Positions 52,453-62,360 of a DNA stretch of 64,000 nt are shown piece by piece. Position numbers and translations under genes: made by a program. The DNA lies in the NCBI GenBank assembly GCA_964291265.2, contig OZ219747.1, positions 3,904,001 to 3,968,000 on the forward strand. The letters are read 5' to 3'. Origin of the DNA: Alphaproteobacteria bacterium. Its GTDB lineage: Bacteria; Pseudomonadota; Alphaproteobacteria; SP197. Positions within the stretch are counted from its first letter, which is position 1; every line of letters starts with the position of its first letter. The notes under the pieces were generated by a model. The model was given only the letters and a program-made list of their open reading frames with translations. It was not told where the DNA came from and did no database searches.

Positions 52453-54645
52453 TCAGGGCGAGGTGCCCAAGGACGGCAGAATGCCAGCGAGGCGCGTCCA
52501 GCGATGGCTGCCTGCGGAATCACGGACGGCGATGGCGATGGCCTTGTGCTGGCCGACGAGGACCACCAGTTGGCGGCCGCGGGTGATGCCGGTGTAGAGA
52601 AGATTGCGGCGCAACATGGCGTAATGCTGGGTAAGGATGGGGATGACGACCACGGGGTACTCGGATCCCTGGCTCTTGTGAATGGTGACAGCATAGGCAG
52701 GTACCAGCGCGTCGAGGTCGGCTGGACCGTAGGTCACGAGGCGGCCATCGAAGGCCACGGTGACTGTCCCCTCTTCCTGTGACACGTGGTCGACATGACC
52801 GATGTCGCCATTGTAGACTTCCCTGTCATAGTCATTCTCGATCTGCATCACCTTGTCCCCGGGCGCGAAGGAGCGGCCGAACTTCTCGACGATGCTGGAT
52901 CTCGCTGGATTGAGAGCGCGCTGCAGTTCGGTGTTGAGCGACACGGCGCCAACGGCACCGCGGTTCATGGGGCACAGGACCTGGATATCGCGAACCGGGT
53001 CGGCGCCGAACCGCTTGGGGATGCGGTGGCAGACAATCTTCACGATGCGATCGACCGCGATGGCAGGATCCTCCGCAGGCACAAAGTAGAAGTCGCTGGC
53101 GCTGGCGGGGGCACCAAGATCAGGCATGTCCCCATCGTTCACCCTGTGAGCGTTCATGACGATGCGGCTCTGTGCCGCCTGGCGAAACACCTCATGAAGG
53201 CGCGTCACCGGAATGCTGCCACTGGCTATCATGTCTCCCAGAACCTGGCCGGGTCCCACTGACGGCAACTGGTCGACGTCACCGACTGCCAGGAATGCAG
53301 AGTCCCTTGGCAAGGCAGACAGAAGGGCATGCATCAAGGGCACATCGACCATGGACATCTCGTCAACGACAAGAAGGGTGCATTCGAGAGGGTTGTCGAC
53401 ATTGCGCCGGAATCTGCCGTGTCGAGGATCGACTTCGAGGAGGCGGTGAATGGTCTTCGCCTCCATGCCCGTTGCCTCGCTCATGCGTTTGGCCGCTCGC
53501 CCGGTCGGAGCGGCCAGCAACACCTTCACCTTTCTGACAGCAAGGATGGCGAGGATGGCATTGACAATCGTCGTCTTGCCGACACCCGGACCGCCGGTGA
53601 TGACCATGATTTTCGCTGCGAGCGCAGCTGTCACTGCCTCCTTCTGGCTTGCCGCCAGTTCAATGCCAATACGCCCCTCCACCCAGGGGATCGCCTTGCC
53701 GGCATCGATGGCCGGCCATGGAGGAGGATGCTGACGAAGGGCTCCAAGCATTCGTGCAATTCCCGTCTCGGCGTGATGGAGACCGGCGGGAAAGACACAG
53801 TCACTCTCCCCGATCCGATCCAGGACAGCCGTCCCCTCCGCAAGCTCAAGATCGAGCGCCTCGCGAACCTGGGGCTCGGAACACTCGAGAAGCTGCACGG
53901 TCATCGACACCAGTTCGTCGAGAGGAAGCCCGCAATGTCCTTCACTTGCGGCTTCCGAAAGCCCGTAGTTCACGCCGGCGCGAAGTCGCACCATGGCGTC
54001 CGGACGGATGCCGAGCTTCATCGCGATCGTGTCGGCCGTCATGAATCCAATGCCGCGGATGTCGTAGACGAGCCGGTAGGGGTTTTGCGACATGACCTGC
54101 AGCGCATCGTTCCCGTAGGTCTTGTAGATGCGAACCGCCCGGGTGGTGCCGATTCCGTGGCTGTGAAGGAACACCATGATCTCCCGGACCGCCTTCTGTT
54201 CGGCCCACGCCTCGATGATTCGCTCCACGCGCTTTGGCCCGATGCCAGCAACATCCCTGAGACGCTCCGGCTCCGTTTCGATGATGTCGAACAGTTGATC
54301 GCCGAATGCACGAACCAGCTTGCGGGCATAGACCTGGCCAATCCCTCTCACCATCCCGGAAGCGAAGTACCTCTCGATGCCGTCAACCGTGGTCGGGGGA
54401 GACAGTCTCATGAATCGGGCGCGGAACTGCCGACCATAGTTGCGGTCATTCTCCCACGCACCGCTTGCGGTCAGCCATTCGCCGGGTGCGACCGAGGCAG
54501 CCCGGCCAACGATGGTGACAGGATGACGAATGCCCCGGACCTTGGAACGCAGGACGCAAAACCCGCTGTCTTCATTGTGGAAGGCAACATGCTCGATCAC
54601 GCCGGCAATGACGGCTTCCTCGAATTCCTGATCCCGTCCGTTCAT
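52453..54645 (-). CDS. recD2: RecD2-like SF1B helicase
   Basis: HhH repeats (GIG), GGPGVGKT, DEMSM, GDVDQLPSVG, TIHKSQGSEY, YTGITR. Confidence 0.92.
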   Translation of the reverse strand: MNGRDQEFEEAVIAGVIEHVAFHNEDSGFCVLRSKVRGIRHPVTIVGRAASVAPGEWLTASGAWENDRNYGRQFRARFMRLSPPTTVDGIERYFASGMVRGIGQVYARKLVRAFGDQLFDIIETEPERLRDVAGIGPKRVERIIEAWAEQKAVREIMVFLHSHGIGTTRAVRIYKTYGNDALQVMSQNPYRLVYDIRGIGFMTADTIAMKLGIRPDAMVRLRAGVNYGLSEAASEGHCGLPLDELVSMTVQLLECSEPQVREALDLELAEGTAVLDRIGESDCVFPAGLHHAETGIARMLGALRQHPPPWPAIDAGKAIPWVEGRIGIELAASQKEAVTAALAAKIMVITGGPGVGKTTIVNAILAILAVRKVKVLLAAPTGRAAKRMSEATGMEAKTIHRLLEVDPRHGRFRRNVDNPLECTLLVVDEMSMVDVPLMHALLSALPRDSAFLAVGDVDQLPSVGPGQVLGDMIASGSIPVTRLHEVFRQAAQSRIVMNAHRVNDGDMPDLGAPASASDFYFVPAEDPAIAVDRIVKIVCHRIPKRFGADPVRDIQVLCPMNRGAVGAVSLNTELQRALNPARSSIVEKFGRSFAPGDKVMQIENDYDREVYNGDIGHVDHVSQEEGTVTVAFDGRLVTYGPADLDALVPAYAVTIHKSQGSEYPVVVIPILTQHYAMLRRNLLYTGITRGRQLVVLVGQHKAIAIAVRDSAGSHRWTRLAGILPSLGTSP

Positions 54646-54674
54646 CAGCTGCCCCCCGGATCTCCCCTCATGGA

Positions 54675-55174
54675 ACGGCTTGCGAAAAGCACCTTGTGAA
54701 CAGAAGCGGCGCAACTGACAACACCACGTCTCGCGGGAGCAGGCGGGCTTGAACGGTCGTCGTGGAAGATCCGAAGACCGCCGACATGACGCGGAGTGCA
54801 AAGGGCACGGTCGAGCATTCCGGAACGCACGTGAAGGCGAGGTCCGGGCTGAACCGCGGTATCCTCGCCACGAGCCGGGGTGAGTTGCGGACGACGCTTG
54901 CCTGCAAGGCTCCGCGCCTCGTCGCGGTGAACGCCGCGCATGACAGCCAGACGTGTGCGGCGTGCGGCACGGCTGACGCCGCCTCGCGTCCGGTGCAGAG
55001 GGCATTCACATGGGTGGCCTGAAGCCATGCGGACCTGAATGCGGCCCGCAACATCAGGCATCGGGGACTGGCGCATCTGCACGGGGATGGAGCGTTGCCG
55101 CCAGGCACTCCGATGATCCGTCAAACGGACCGCAGACTGGCGGCATGAGCCGTTCAGTCAACGATACAAGTTCC
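54675..55174 (+). pseudogene. tnpB: tnpB C-terminal remnant with right end / putative omegaRNA region
   Basis: RRN*QHHVSR, VVVED...MTRSAKGT...KARSGLNRGI, SQTCAACG, ADLNAARNI; ends in the 55149-55174 repeat. Confidence 0.85.
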
Positions 55175-55532
55175 AAACTCAGCCCCAAGCCGATACTGGC
55201 GGACTTCTTGATGGGCGCGTCGGGAACAGCGACTTGCAATGTGTTACCAAGTCCGCAGGCAAGAACGGTGACATTCGACAACTTCCTGAAGGCCTTCACG
55301 GTACGCAGGATCATGGTTCAAAGGCAAACACACGGCCCTGTGGGACCATCGTGGCAAAGGGTTTCGTGAACTGTCCGGCGCAGGCGCCCACATCGAGCGC
55401 GACACCATCTGTCGGAATGAAGGGCCGGGTCCGGGAGCACAGGTCCCGGTGATGCTGCCCTGCAGGAGCCTTCCAGAGATGGGCGAACCTAGTCATCCCT
55501 TGCCACAAGGCAGGCTGGGGTACATCCGTCAT
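55175..55532 (-). pseudogene. FkbM-family methyltransferase fragment truncated by the tnpB element
   Basis: ALDVGACAGQF, GRVFAFEP, NVTV..CGLG, frameshifted and cut near 55175. Confidence 0.7.
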
Positions 55533-55612
55533 TCAATCGAGGCCCTGTTGCCAGTTCATCCGGGTCCCCACTATTCTCGGTGAAGATCCTGGACACCACA
55601 CCGCACCATACC

Positions 55613-57670
55613 ATGATGACTTCATCCGTGACTGCCATTGATCCAGCCCGCTATCTGGGCGACAGCCACCTTGCCCGGCTGCTGGCGCAGGGGCGCACCG
55701 GGAAATCCGTCGCCGACGTCCGCGGCGTGATCGCCGGTGTCCTGGCCGCACCGAAGGACATCGATGAGGATCTCTGGCTTCGCCTTGTGACGGAGGCGCC
55801 GGGTGGTGAATTGGCTGAGCAACTCCAGGCGCTGAAGGGAACACTGGAAGAAAGAACTTCCTACGGTCTCGAGGTCCCTGCGCCAAGGTGGCGCCTGAGG
55901 GCCTTGCGCGACGAGCTGAAGCGACTCGGTCTGGACGGGTTCATCGTCCCTCATGCCGATGAGCATCAGGGCGAGATGCTCCCCGTCCGCAGCAAACGAC
56001 TGGCCTGGCTGACGGGATTCAACGGATCGGCGGGCGTTGCCGTGATTCTGAACGACGAGGCCGCGATCTTCGTCGACGGACGCTACACGCTCCAGGTCAG
56101 AATGCAGGTGAACGAAACCGATTTCGCTTTCCTTCACCTGATGAACGAGCCTCCGCGCGACTGGATCGCAAGCCGGCTCTCAGGGAGAAAGCTGGGATAC
56201 GATCCGTGGTTGCACGGCAAGACTGAAGTGGAGGCCTTGCGAAAGGCGGCGGAAGGCGCCGATGGCTCTCTGGTTCCCTGCGACAGCAATCCCGTCGATC
56301 AGATCTGGTTCAACCAGCCCCCACCTCCACTGTCCCCTGTCCGTCCCCACGTTCTCGAGCATGCCGGCGAAACCTCCTCGTCGAAGATCGACAGGATCGC
56401 TGCATCACTTGCCGAGAAGGGCCACGGCGGTGCAGTGATCTCCGATCCGACGTCCATTGCCTGGCTGCTCAACATCCGCGGGGGTGACCTCCCGGGAACG
56501 CCGGTGTGTCTCGGCTATGCCATCGCCAGCAAGGAGGGTTCGGTCACTCTCTTCACCGACCAGAGGAAGTTCACGCCGCAGGCGCTCTCCTGGCTGCCCG
56601 ACAATGTCTCTGTCCGACCTCGAGATGAACTGATTGCGGGACTTGCCCATCTTGCGTCGGACGGCGCAACGATCGTGGTGGACCGCCAGTCCGGCGCCGC
56701 GTGGCTTCAGGAACGCATCGAGGCAGCCGGTGGTGCGGTCCTGGTTGAGCAGGATCCATGCGCCCTCCCCCGGGCCATCAAGAATGCTGCCGAAGTCGCC
56801 GGCATGATCAACTGTCACGTTCGTGACGGCGCGGCGCTTGCCACCTTCCTGTGCTGGCTCGACCAGTCCACCCGTCCTGGAAGCAACGTGACGGTTGACG
56901 AGATGACGGCCGAAAGGATGCTTGAGCAATGCCGGCGGCGCGTTGACGGTTACAGGGGATACAGCTTCGAGACCATATCGGGATTCGGCCCCAACGGCGC
57001 GATCGTGCACTACCGGTCCAGCAACGCCACCAACCGCGCTTTCGAACCCGGTTCTCTCTACCTCGTCGATTCGGGCGGGCAGTATCCAGATGGCACGACC
57101 GACGTCACGCGCACCATCGCCATCGGCGAACCGGACGAGGAACACAAGCGTCACTTCACGGCGGTGCTCAAGGGGCATATCGCGATTGCCACCGTACGCT
57201 TTCCCAGGGGCACCAATGGGGCGGCCATCGATGCCCTGGCTCGACTGCCGCTCTGGAAACTCGGCGCCGATTACGATCACGGCACGGGTCATGGCGTCGG
57301 CAGCCATCTCGGGGTCCACGAGGGTCCGCAGAACATCTCCAAACGCGGCCACACCGCACTGGAACCCGGCATGATCCTCTCGAACGAACCCGGCTACTAC
57401 CGTGCCGGCGCCTGGGGTATCAGGATCGAGAATCTCGTCGTGTTGGAAGAAGACCGCCAGCCGGGAGAGCGCCCCATGCTTCGCTTCTCGACACTCACCC
57501 GGGCACCGATTGACCGGCGGCTGGTGAACACCGGCGACCTGAGCGACGAGGAAGCCGACTGGCTCGATGCCTATCACGCGGACGTTCGCGATTCCCTGAG
57601 ACCTCTGGTCGACGCCGAGACAGCCGCCTGGCTGGACGATGTCACACGGCCGATACGCGATGGGTCCTGA
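55613..57670 (+). CDS. pepP: Xaa-Pro aminopeptidase (M24B) with N-terminal extension
   Basis: LTGFNGSAG, VDGRY, DSGGQY.DGTTDVTRT, HGTGHGVG, HEGP, SNEPGYY, GIRIEN. Confidence 0.92.
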   Translation: MMTSSVTAIDPARYLGDSHLARLLAQGRTGKSVADVRGVIAGVLAAPKDIDEDLWLRLVTEAPGGELAEQLQALKGTLEERTSYGLEVPAPRWRLRALRDELKRLGLDGFIVPHADEHQGEMLPVRSKRLAWLTGFNGSAGVAVILNDEAAIFVDGRYTLQVRMQVNETDFAFLHLMNEPPRDWIASRLSGRKLGYDPWLHGKTEVEALRKAAEGADGSLVPCDSNPVDQIWFNQPPPPLSPVRPHVLEHAGETSSSKIDRIAASLAEKGHGGAVISDPTSIAWLLNIRGGDLPGTPVCLGYAIASKEGSVTLFTDQRKFTPQALSWLPDNVSVRPRDELIAGLAHLASDGATIVVDRQSGAAWLQERIEAAGGAVLVEQDPCALPRAIKNAAEVAGMINCHVRDGAALATFLCWLDQSTRPGSNVTVDEMTAERMLEQCRRRVDGYRGYSFETISGFGPNGAIVHYRSSNATNRAFEPGSLYLVDSGGQYPDGTTDVTRTIAIGEPDEEHKRHFTAVLKGHIAIATVRFPRGTNGAAIDALARLPLWKLGADYDHGTGHGVGSHLGVHEGPQNISKRGHTALEPGMILSNEPGYYRAGAWGIRIENLVVLEEDRQPGERPMLRFSTLTRAPIDRRLVNTGDLSDEEADWLDAYHADVRDSLRPLVDAETAAWLDDVTRPIRDGS

Positions 57671-57717
57671 GCCCCTGGCCAACTGCAGGTGTCGGCACTG
57701 ACGAAAGGACCACATCC

Positions 57718-58854
57718 GTGACTTCCCCCCTTCTTGCCACGCCCTCCGGAAAACCACGGGCCCGGGCGCTGGGAATCCCCTTCGACGGTTTTCCGGGACC
57801 GTTCAACGCCATCACCGACGTTGCTGGCGTCGAGGTCGGTTACGCAACCCTCATTCGAGGTGACGGCGGTCCTCTTGTTGTCGGCTCAGGCCCCGTGCGC
57901 ACGGGAGTCACGGCCATCATTCCGCGAGGCAGGGCCAGGGCCAGTCTTCCGGTCTGGACCGGCCAGTTCAGCCTCAACGGCAACGGCGAACTCACGGGAA
58001 GCTGGTGGATTGACGAAGCCGGGCACTGTGACGGTCCGGTCACCATCACCAACACCCACTCCTGTGGTGTCGCCCGCGACGCCACGATCGAGTGGCTGAA
58101 CCACCAATTCGATGCCTACGGAGAAGGCGCCGACTGGGGACTGCCAGTCGCCGGAGAGACCTGGGACGGCTGGCTGAATGACATCAACGGATTTCACGTC
58201 AAGCGGGAGCATGTCTTCGAGGCGATTGACTCGGCGGCGGGAGGGCCCCTCGAGGAGGGCAGTGTCGGAGGCGGCACCGGCATGATGCTCTATGGAATGA
58301 AGGGCGGCTCGGGAACAGCCTCCCGCAAGGTGATTCACGAGGGTCGCTCCTACACCGTCGGAGCTTTCGTTCAGGCGAACTTCGGCCTCAGATCCCAACT
58401 CGTCATTGCCGGCATCCCGATGGCCGAGCACCTCCCGGGCCCGGATCCCTATGCAATGGAAGCGGGTTCGATCATCGGCGTGGTGGCGACCGATGCGCCG
58501 CTGGTCTCCCACCAGCTCAAGAGACTTGCCCGACGCGTGTCACTGGGCGTGGGTCGCGGCGGTTCGATCTCCGGTCATGGATCGGGAGACATCTTTCTCG
58601 CCTTCACGACGGCGGGATCCGATGCCCTGGGACGAGACACTCCCTACCTCGAACTCGCCATCATTCCCGATCACCGACTCGACCCCTTCTTCGAGGCCGT
58701 CATCCAGGCGGTCGACGAAGCCATCATGAATGTCCTGGCGGTCAGTGAGGAAATGGTGGGTGTCGACGGACACACGGCACCGGCCCTCGACAGGGGCAAG
58801 GTGACAGCCGTGCTGAAGAGGTTCGGCCGCTACCGTGAACCCCCCGGCCTCTGA
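57718..58854 (+). CDS. dmpA: DmpA/P1 (S58) family aminopeptidase
   Basis: NAITDV.GV, RTGVT, NGNGE, GGGTGM, GSII...ATDAPL, SGDIF. Confidence 0.88.
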   Translation: MTSPLLATPSGKPRARALGIPFDGFPGPFNAITDVAGVEVGYATLIRGDGGPLVVGSGPVRTGVTAIIPRGRARASLPVWTGQFSLNGNGELTGSWWIDEAGHCDGPVTITNTHSCGVARDATIEWLNHQFDAYGEGADWGLPVAGETWDGWLNDINGFHVKREHVFEAIDSAAGGPLEEGSVGGGTGMMLYGMKGGSGTASRKVIHEGRSYTVGAFVQANFGLRSQLVIAGIPMAEHLPGPDPYAMEAGSIIGVVATDAPLVSHQLKRLARRVSLGVGRGGSISGHGSGDIFLAFTTAGSDALGRDTPYLELAIIPDHRLDPFFEAVIQAVDEAIMNVLAVSEEMVGVDGHTAPALDRGKVTAVLKRFGRYREPPGL

Positions 58855-58919
58855 GATCTTGTCCGCAGCGCCGCCGACATGAGAGTATTCGACACGACAA
58901 CGGCAGGGGAGATTCCCAC

Positions 58920-59582
58920 ATGGGCCGCATGATCAGTTTTTCACGACCGGATGGCGGTTCCACCAGGGGTTGGCTGGCCGAAGCAGGTCATGACCGCCCG
59001 GGTGTCATTGTCCTCCAGGAGTGGTGGGGTCTCAACGATCAGATCTGTGGCATCGCGGACCGTTTCGCGCGTCACGGCTACAACGCCCTTGCTCCCGACC
59101 TCTACGAGGGACGGGTGACCGGGGATGCGGACGAGGCCGGACACATGATGGAGGGGCTCGATTTCCCGGGCGCAACCCACCAGGACATCAGGGGCGCTGC
59201 CCGCCACCTCAAGTCCGTGTCGAACGGCCGCATCGCCGTCATGGGATTCTGCATGGGCGGGGCGCTCACCATCGCGGCCGCCGTCCATGTCGCCGAATGC
59301 GATGTGGCCGTCGCCTTCTACGGCATTCCTCCGAAGGAGTTCGCCGACGCATCGAACATCAGCATCCCGTTCCAGGGCCATTTCGCCAACACCGATGACT
59401 GGTGCACGCCCGAAGCCGTCGACAGCCTGGTGGATGACCTCAACGCCGGTGGCGTCGCCCACGAACTCTACCGGTACAACGCCGAACACGCCTTCTTCAA
59501 CGAAGTGAGCGATGCCTATGATGTCGCCAGCGCCCGCACGTCCTGGACCCGCATGATGGAGTTCCTGTCGAACACGCTGTGA
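58920..59582 (+). CDS. Dienelactone hydrolase family protein
   Basis: QEWWGL, GFCMGG, HAFFN. Confidence 0.92.
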   Translation: MGRMISFSRPDGGSTRGWLAEAGHDRPGVIVLQEWWGLNDQICGIADRFARHGYNALAPDLYEGRVTGDADEAGHMMEGLDFPGATHQDIRGAARHLKSVSNGRIAVMGFCMGGALTIAAAVHVAECDVAVAFYGIPPKEFADASNISIPFQGHFANTDDWCTPEAVDSLVDDLNAGGVAHELYRYNAEHAFFNEVSDAYDVASARTSWTRMMEFLSNTL

Positions 59583-59847
59583 TGATCGGTCTGCCGTGGG
59601 GGATTCGCTTCGTTGATGCTGCCAACCGGCGCCACGCCGGTACCGGATGTGCTTCAATCAACGTTGCACATCTGCTCAAGCCCATGCCGGGCAAGCCCGG
59701 CGTTCGGCGACGCGGTTTGAACGAGGGACTGACGATGTCACGTCACGATCAGCCAGCAAGGTGCTCGCGAAAGCGACCAGACTGTCCCGTCTCGCGCCCT
59801 GGCAATTTCCGCACCAGACAGGGCCTTCATCCAGTGTGGACGTCTGA

Positions 59848-60900
59848 TCACGCAGTCCTGACAGCCGTCAGGAGACGGTCGATGTCGCAGCAAGAGGTGT
59901 TGAAGGACGTGACGAGACGCACGGTGCCGGTGTCCTTGCCTGTGGGCCGGATGGGATAGAATCCAAACCCGGTGCTCTTGAGTCGCTCGAAAACGGCGAG
60001 GGGCATTTCGAGAAAGAGCTCGTTGACGTCCACGGGGTGGAGGAGACGGACACCCTCGATCTCCTGGAGACCGTCGGCCAGCCTGGTTGCCTGAGTGTTG
60101 GCGTTGCGCGCCCATGCCAGCCAGTTTCCCTTCTCAAGATAGGCTTCGAGCTGAACCGACAGGAAACGCATCTTGGAAAACAGCTGACCAGCCCTCTTGT
60201 GGTGGCGGCGCAGGATGGGTACATCCTCTCGCCTGTCCCCGAAGACAACGATGGCCTCTGCCGCCATGCAGCCATTCTTGGTGGCGCCGAAGGAAAGCAC
60301 GTCAACACCGGCCCTCCAGGTCAGGTCGGCAGGCCGGCAATCGAGCGCGGCAACCGCGTTGGCAAAGCGGGCTCCATCCATGTGGACGGCAAGACCGAGG
60401 TCGCGCGCCGTGTCGCCGAGGGCGTGTATGTCGTCCGGAGAATAGAGTGTACCGCATTCGCTTGCCTGGGTGATGGACAATACCGATGGCCTGGGATGGT
60501 GGACGTCATCGGCATCCATCGGCGCTGCCCTGCGACGCACGGCATCCGGGTGAAGGCGCCCGTGGACGCCCTCGAGGCCAATCAGCTTGGCGCCGCCTGT
60601 GAAGAACTCCGGCGCATTCGCCTCGTCGACGACGATGTGGGCCTCCTCATGGCAGAAGACAGCGCCCCAGGGCGGGGTGAGGAACGCCAGCGACAGGGCA
60701 TTGGCGATGGTCCCCGTCCCCACCGGCAAGACGGAGACATCGGTCTCGAAGATCTCGCCGAATCTCTGATCGAGGGCAAGGGTCTGCCCGTCGCCGCCAT
60801 AGGAATCGACGCCGCCGACACTCGACCGGACGAGGGCCTCGATGATCTCCGGCGCCATGCCGGAGGCGTTGTCGCTGCCGAAATGAGGCTGATGCATCAC
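59848..60900 (-). CDS. ltaE: Low-specificity L-threonine aldolase
   Basis: FGSDN, TGTIAN, HMDGARFANA, SFGATKNG. Confidence 0.92.
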   Translation of the reverse strand: MMHQPHFGSDNASGMAPEIIEALVRSSVGGVDSYGGDGQTLALDQRFGEIFETDVSVLPVGTGTIANALSLAFLTPPWGAVFCHEEAHIVVDEANAPEFFTGGAKLIGLEGVHGRLHPDAVRRRAAPMDADDVHHPRPSVLSITQASECGTLYSPDDIHALGDTARDLGLAVHMDGARFANAVAALDCRPADLTWRAGVDVLSFGATKNGCMAAEAIVVFGDRREDVPILRRHHKRAGQLFSKMRFLSVQLEAYLEKGNWLAWARNANTQATRLADGLQEIEGVRLLHPVDVNELFLEMPLAVFERLKSTGFGFYPIRPTGKDTGTVRLVTSFNTSCCDIDRLLTAVRTA

Positions 60901-60911
60901 GAATCCTGTGG

Positions 60912-61439
60912 CTACCCGTCACCCAGGAGCGCGTCGATGCGCTCCATGAGATCAGACTGTTGGCGTTCGAGACGCCGTGCCTCGACGTCATTGATCCCTC
61001 CTTCCCGACTGAGCGCCTCCAGCTCGCTCGCCAGTTCCTGTTCGCGTCTCAGAACGTCGTCGAGAGCCAGATGATCGACCTCCTGGCCTGCCCTTGCCTC
61101 TTCAAGACGGTCGAGAGCATCAGCCTGCCTGGCATTGAGGCCGGCAAGGCGCCGGGCGGCCTCGGCGCGTTCCCCCTCGAGCGCCTCCGCTTCCGCTTCG
61201 AGACGGTCGGCCTCGCCCCGAAGAACCCTGGCGCTCAGACGAGCTCGGGCCAGGTCGTCGCGAAGGTTGTCAAGGCAGGCGTCGTAGGTTCCCGACAGGG
61301 AATTGTCGAGAAGCGAGACGAGGTCGACATTCCGTTCAGCATCGGCGCACCGGTCGCCGGAAGACGCCATGCAGGCGGAGAGAAACGAGGCTGCCACCGG
61401 AACGGCAAGGATGCGGCGGAGCAGACCAGCGTCCATCAC
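60912..61439 (-). CDS. Coiled-coil lipoprotein
   Basis: Lipobox LSAC; long heptad repeats. Confidence 0.7.
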   Translation of the reverse strand: MMDAGLLRRILAVPVAASFLSACMASSGDRCADAERNVDLVSLLDNSLSGTYDACLDNLRDDLARARLSARVLRGEADRLEAEAEALEGERAEAARRLAGLNARQADALDRLEEARAGQEVDHLALDDVLRREQELASELEALSREGGINDVEARRLERQQSDLMERIDALLGDG

Positions 61440-62194
61440 ACCGATGGCCTCTCGACACCATCGGGTGTGCCGGCAATCAGCGTGACCATGGCGTCCTCGA
61501 TCGCTTCGAGTCTGGCAATGTGCTGGCGCTGTGCCAATTGCGCCGCGTCAAGGCGGGAGGTGTCGTACCCTGCGCGTCGGTACCTGGAGATGCTCCGGTT
61601 GAGAGTGACGATGCGCTTTCTCGTGACATCAATCATCGAACGCACGCTGCTGCGATCCCTTTCGATCTCCAGGAGCGCCCTCTCGTACTCCTGATTGCCG
61701 AGGACACCGACCTCATACTCCTTGTTGAGACGGTCCATGTCCCGCTTCTGCCAAGCGAGTGCGGCTTGCGCCACGGCAATGTTCTTGCGGGATTCTCGCG
61801 TCAATTCCTCGGCAACGGCGATGTCCTCATCGAGTGACTCCCGCGAGGCTTGGAACTCCGAATGATCGCGCGTCAGGTAGGAGCCGCCGATGTATCCGGC
61901 AACCCCGCCTGCTGTGGCACCAAGCAACGCCCCCTCCCCGTCTCCGGCAGCATAGCCGATGATGCCACCGATGATGGCGCCGGCGACGGCAGACGTAATC
62001 CGAGCCTCGGCATAGTCGTTGTAGGAGTCGGCCTGATCGCGCAAGGCCCCCTGCTGCTCCGACACGTCGCTTTTCGACAGGATGGTTCCCAGGTCGCCGA
62101 AGATGTTGGCTGTGCTGCCATCTTCGTTGGTGGCGCACCCGGCACCCAGGATGAAGGCGCCAACCACGGCCAGGAGTCGAGCATGCATCACCAT
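61436..62194 (-). CDS. Glycine-zipper coiled-coil lipoprotein (TagQ-like architecture)
   Basis: Lipobox GAGC; GAIIGGIIG...GALLGATAGGVAG; coiled coil; stop overlaps the next start. Confidence 0.7.
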   Translation of the reverse strand: MVMHARLLAVVGAFILGAGCATNEDGSTANIFGDLGTILSKSDVSEQQGALRDQADSYNDYAEARITSAVAGAIIGGIIGYAAGDGEGALLGATAGGVAGYIGGSYLTRDHSEFQASRESLDEDIAVAEELTRESRKNIAVAQAALAWQKRDMDRLNKEYEVGVLGNQEYERALLEIERDRSSVRSMIDVTRKRIVTLNRSISRYRRAGYDTSRLDAAQLAQRQHIARLEAIEDAMVTLIAGTPDGVERPSV

Positions 62195-62360
62195 TCCATT
62201 TCCTCATTCAGAACACCGGAACAGGCGCACGATCATGGTGCAATCCCTGGCTCCAGACAACCGCAGGCGGTGAGGGGGTCGTGTCTCTGCAGTTCTCCAG
62301 CGCATACTGAGAGAAGGATCCGTGCTGCACACGAAGAGCGTCTCCCCATGGGATTGGTTG

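Larger units (their letters stand above)
34212..55550. mobile_element. Genomic (defence-like) island between prmA and pepP
   Basis: Dense IS remnants, group II intron, RM remnants, NYN, Fic, RecD2; no integrase or att sites seen. Confidence 0.7.

Noticed and set aside
55175-62360. Composite transposon carrying pepP-ltaE between the tnpB repeats
   Set aside because: The ends are oriented so that this segment lies outside both elements, and its genes look like backbone.
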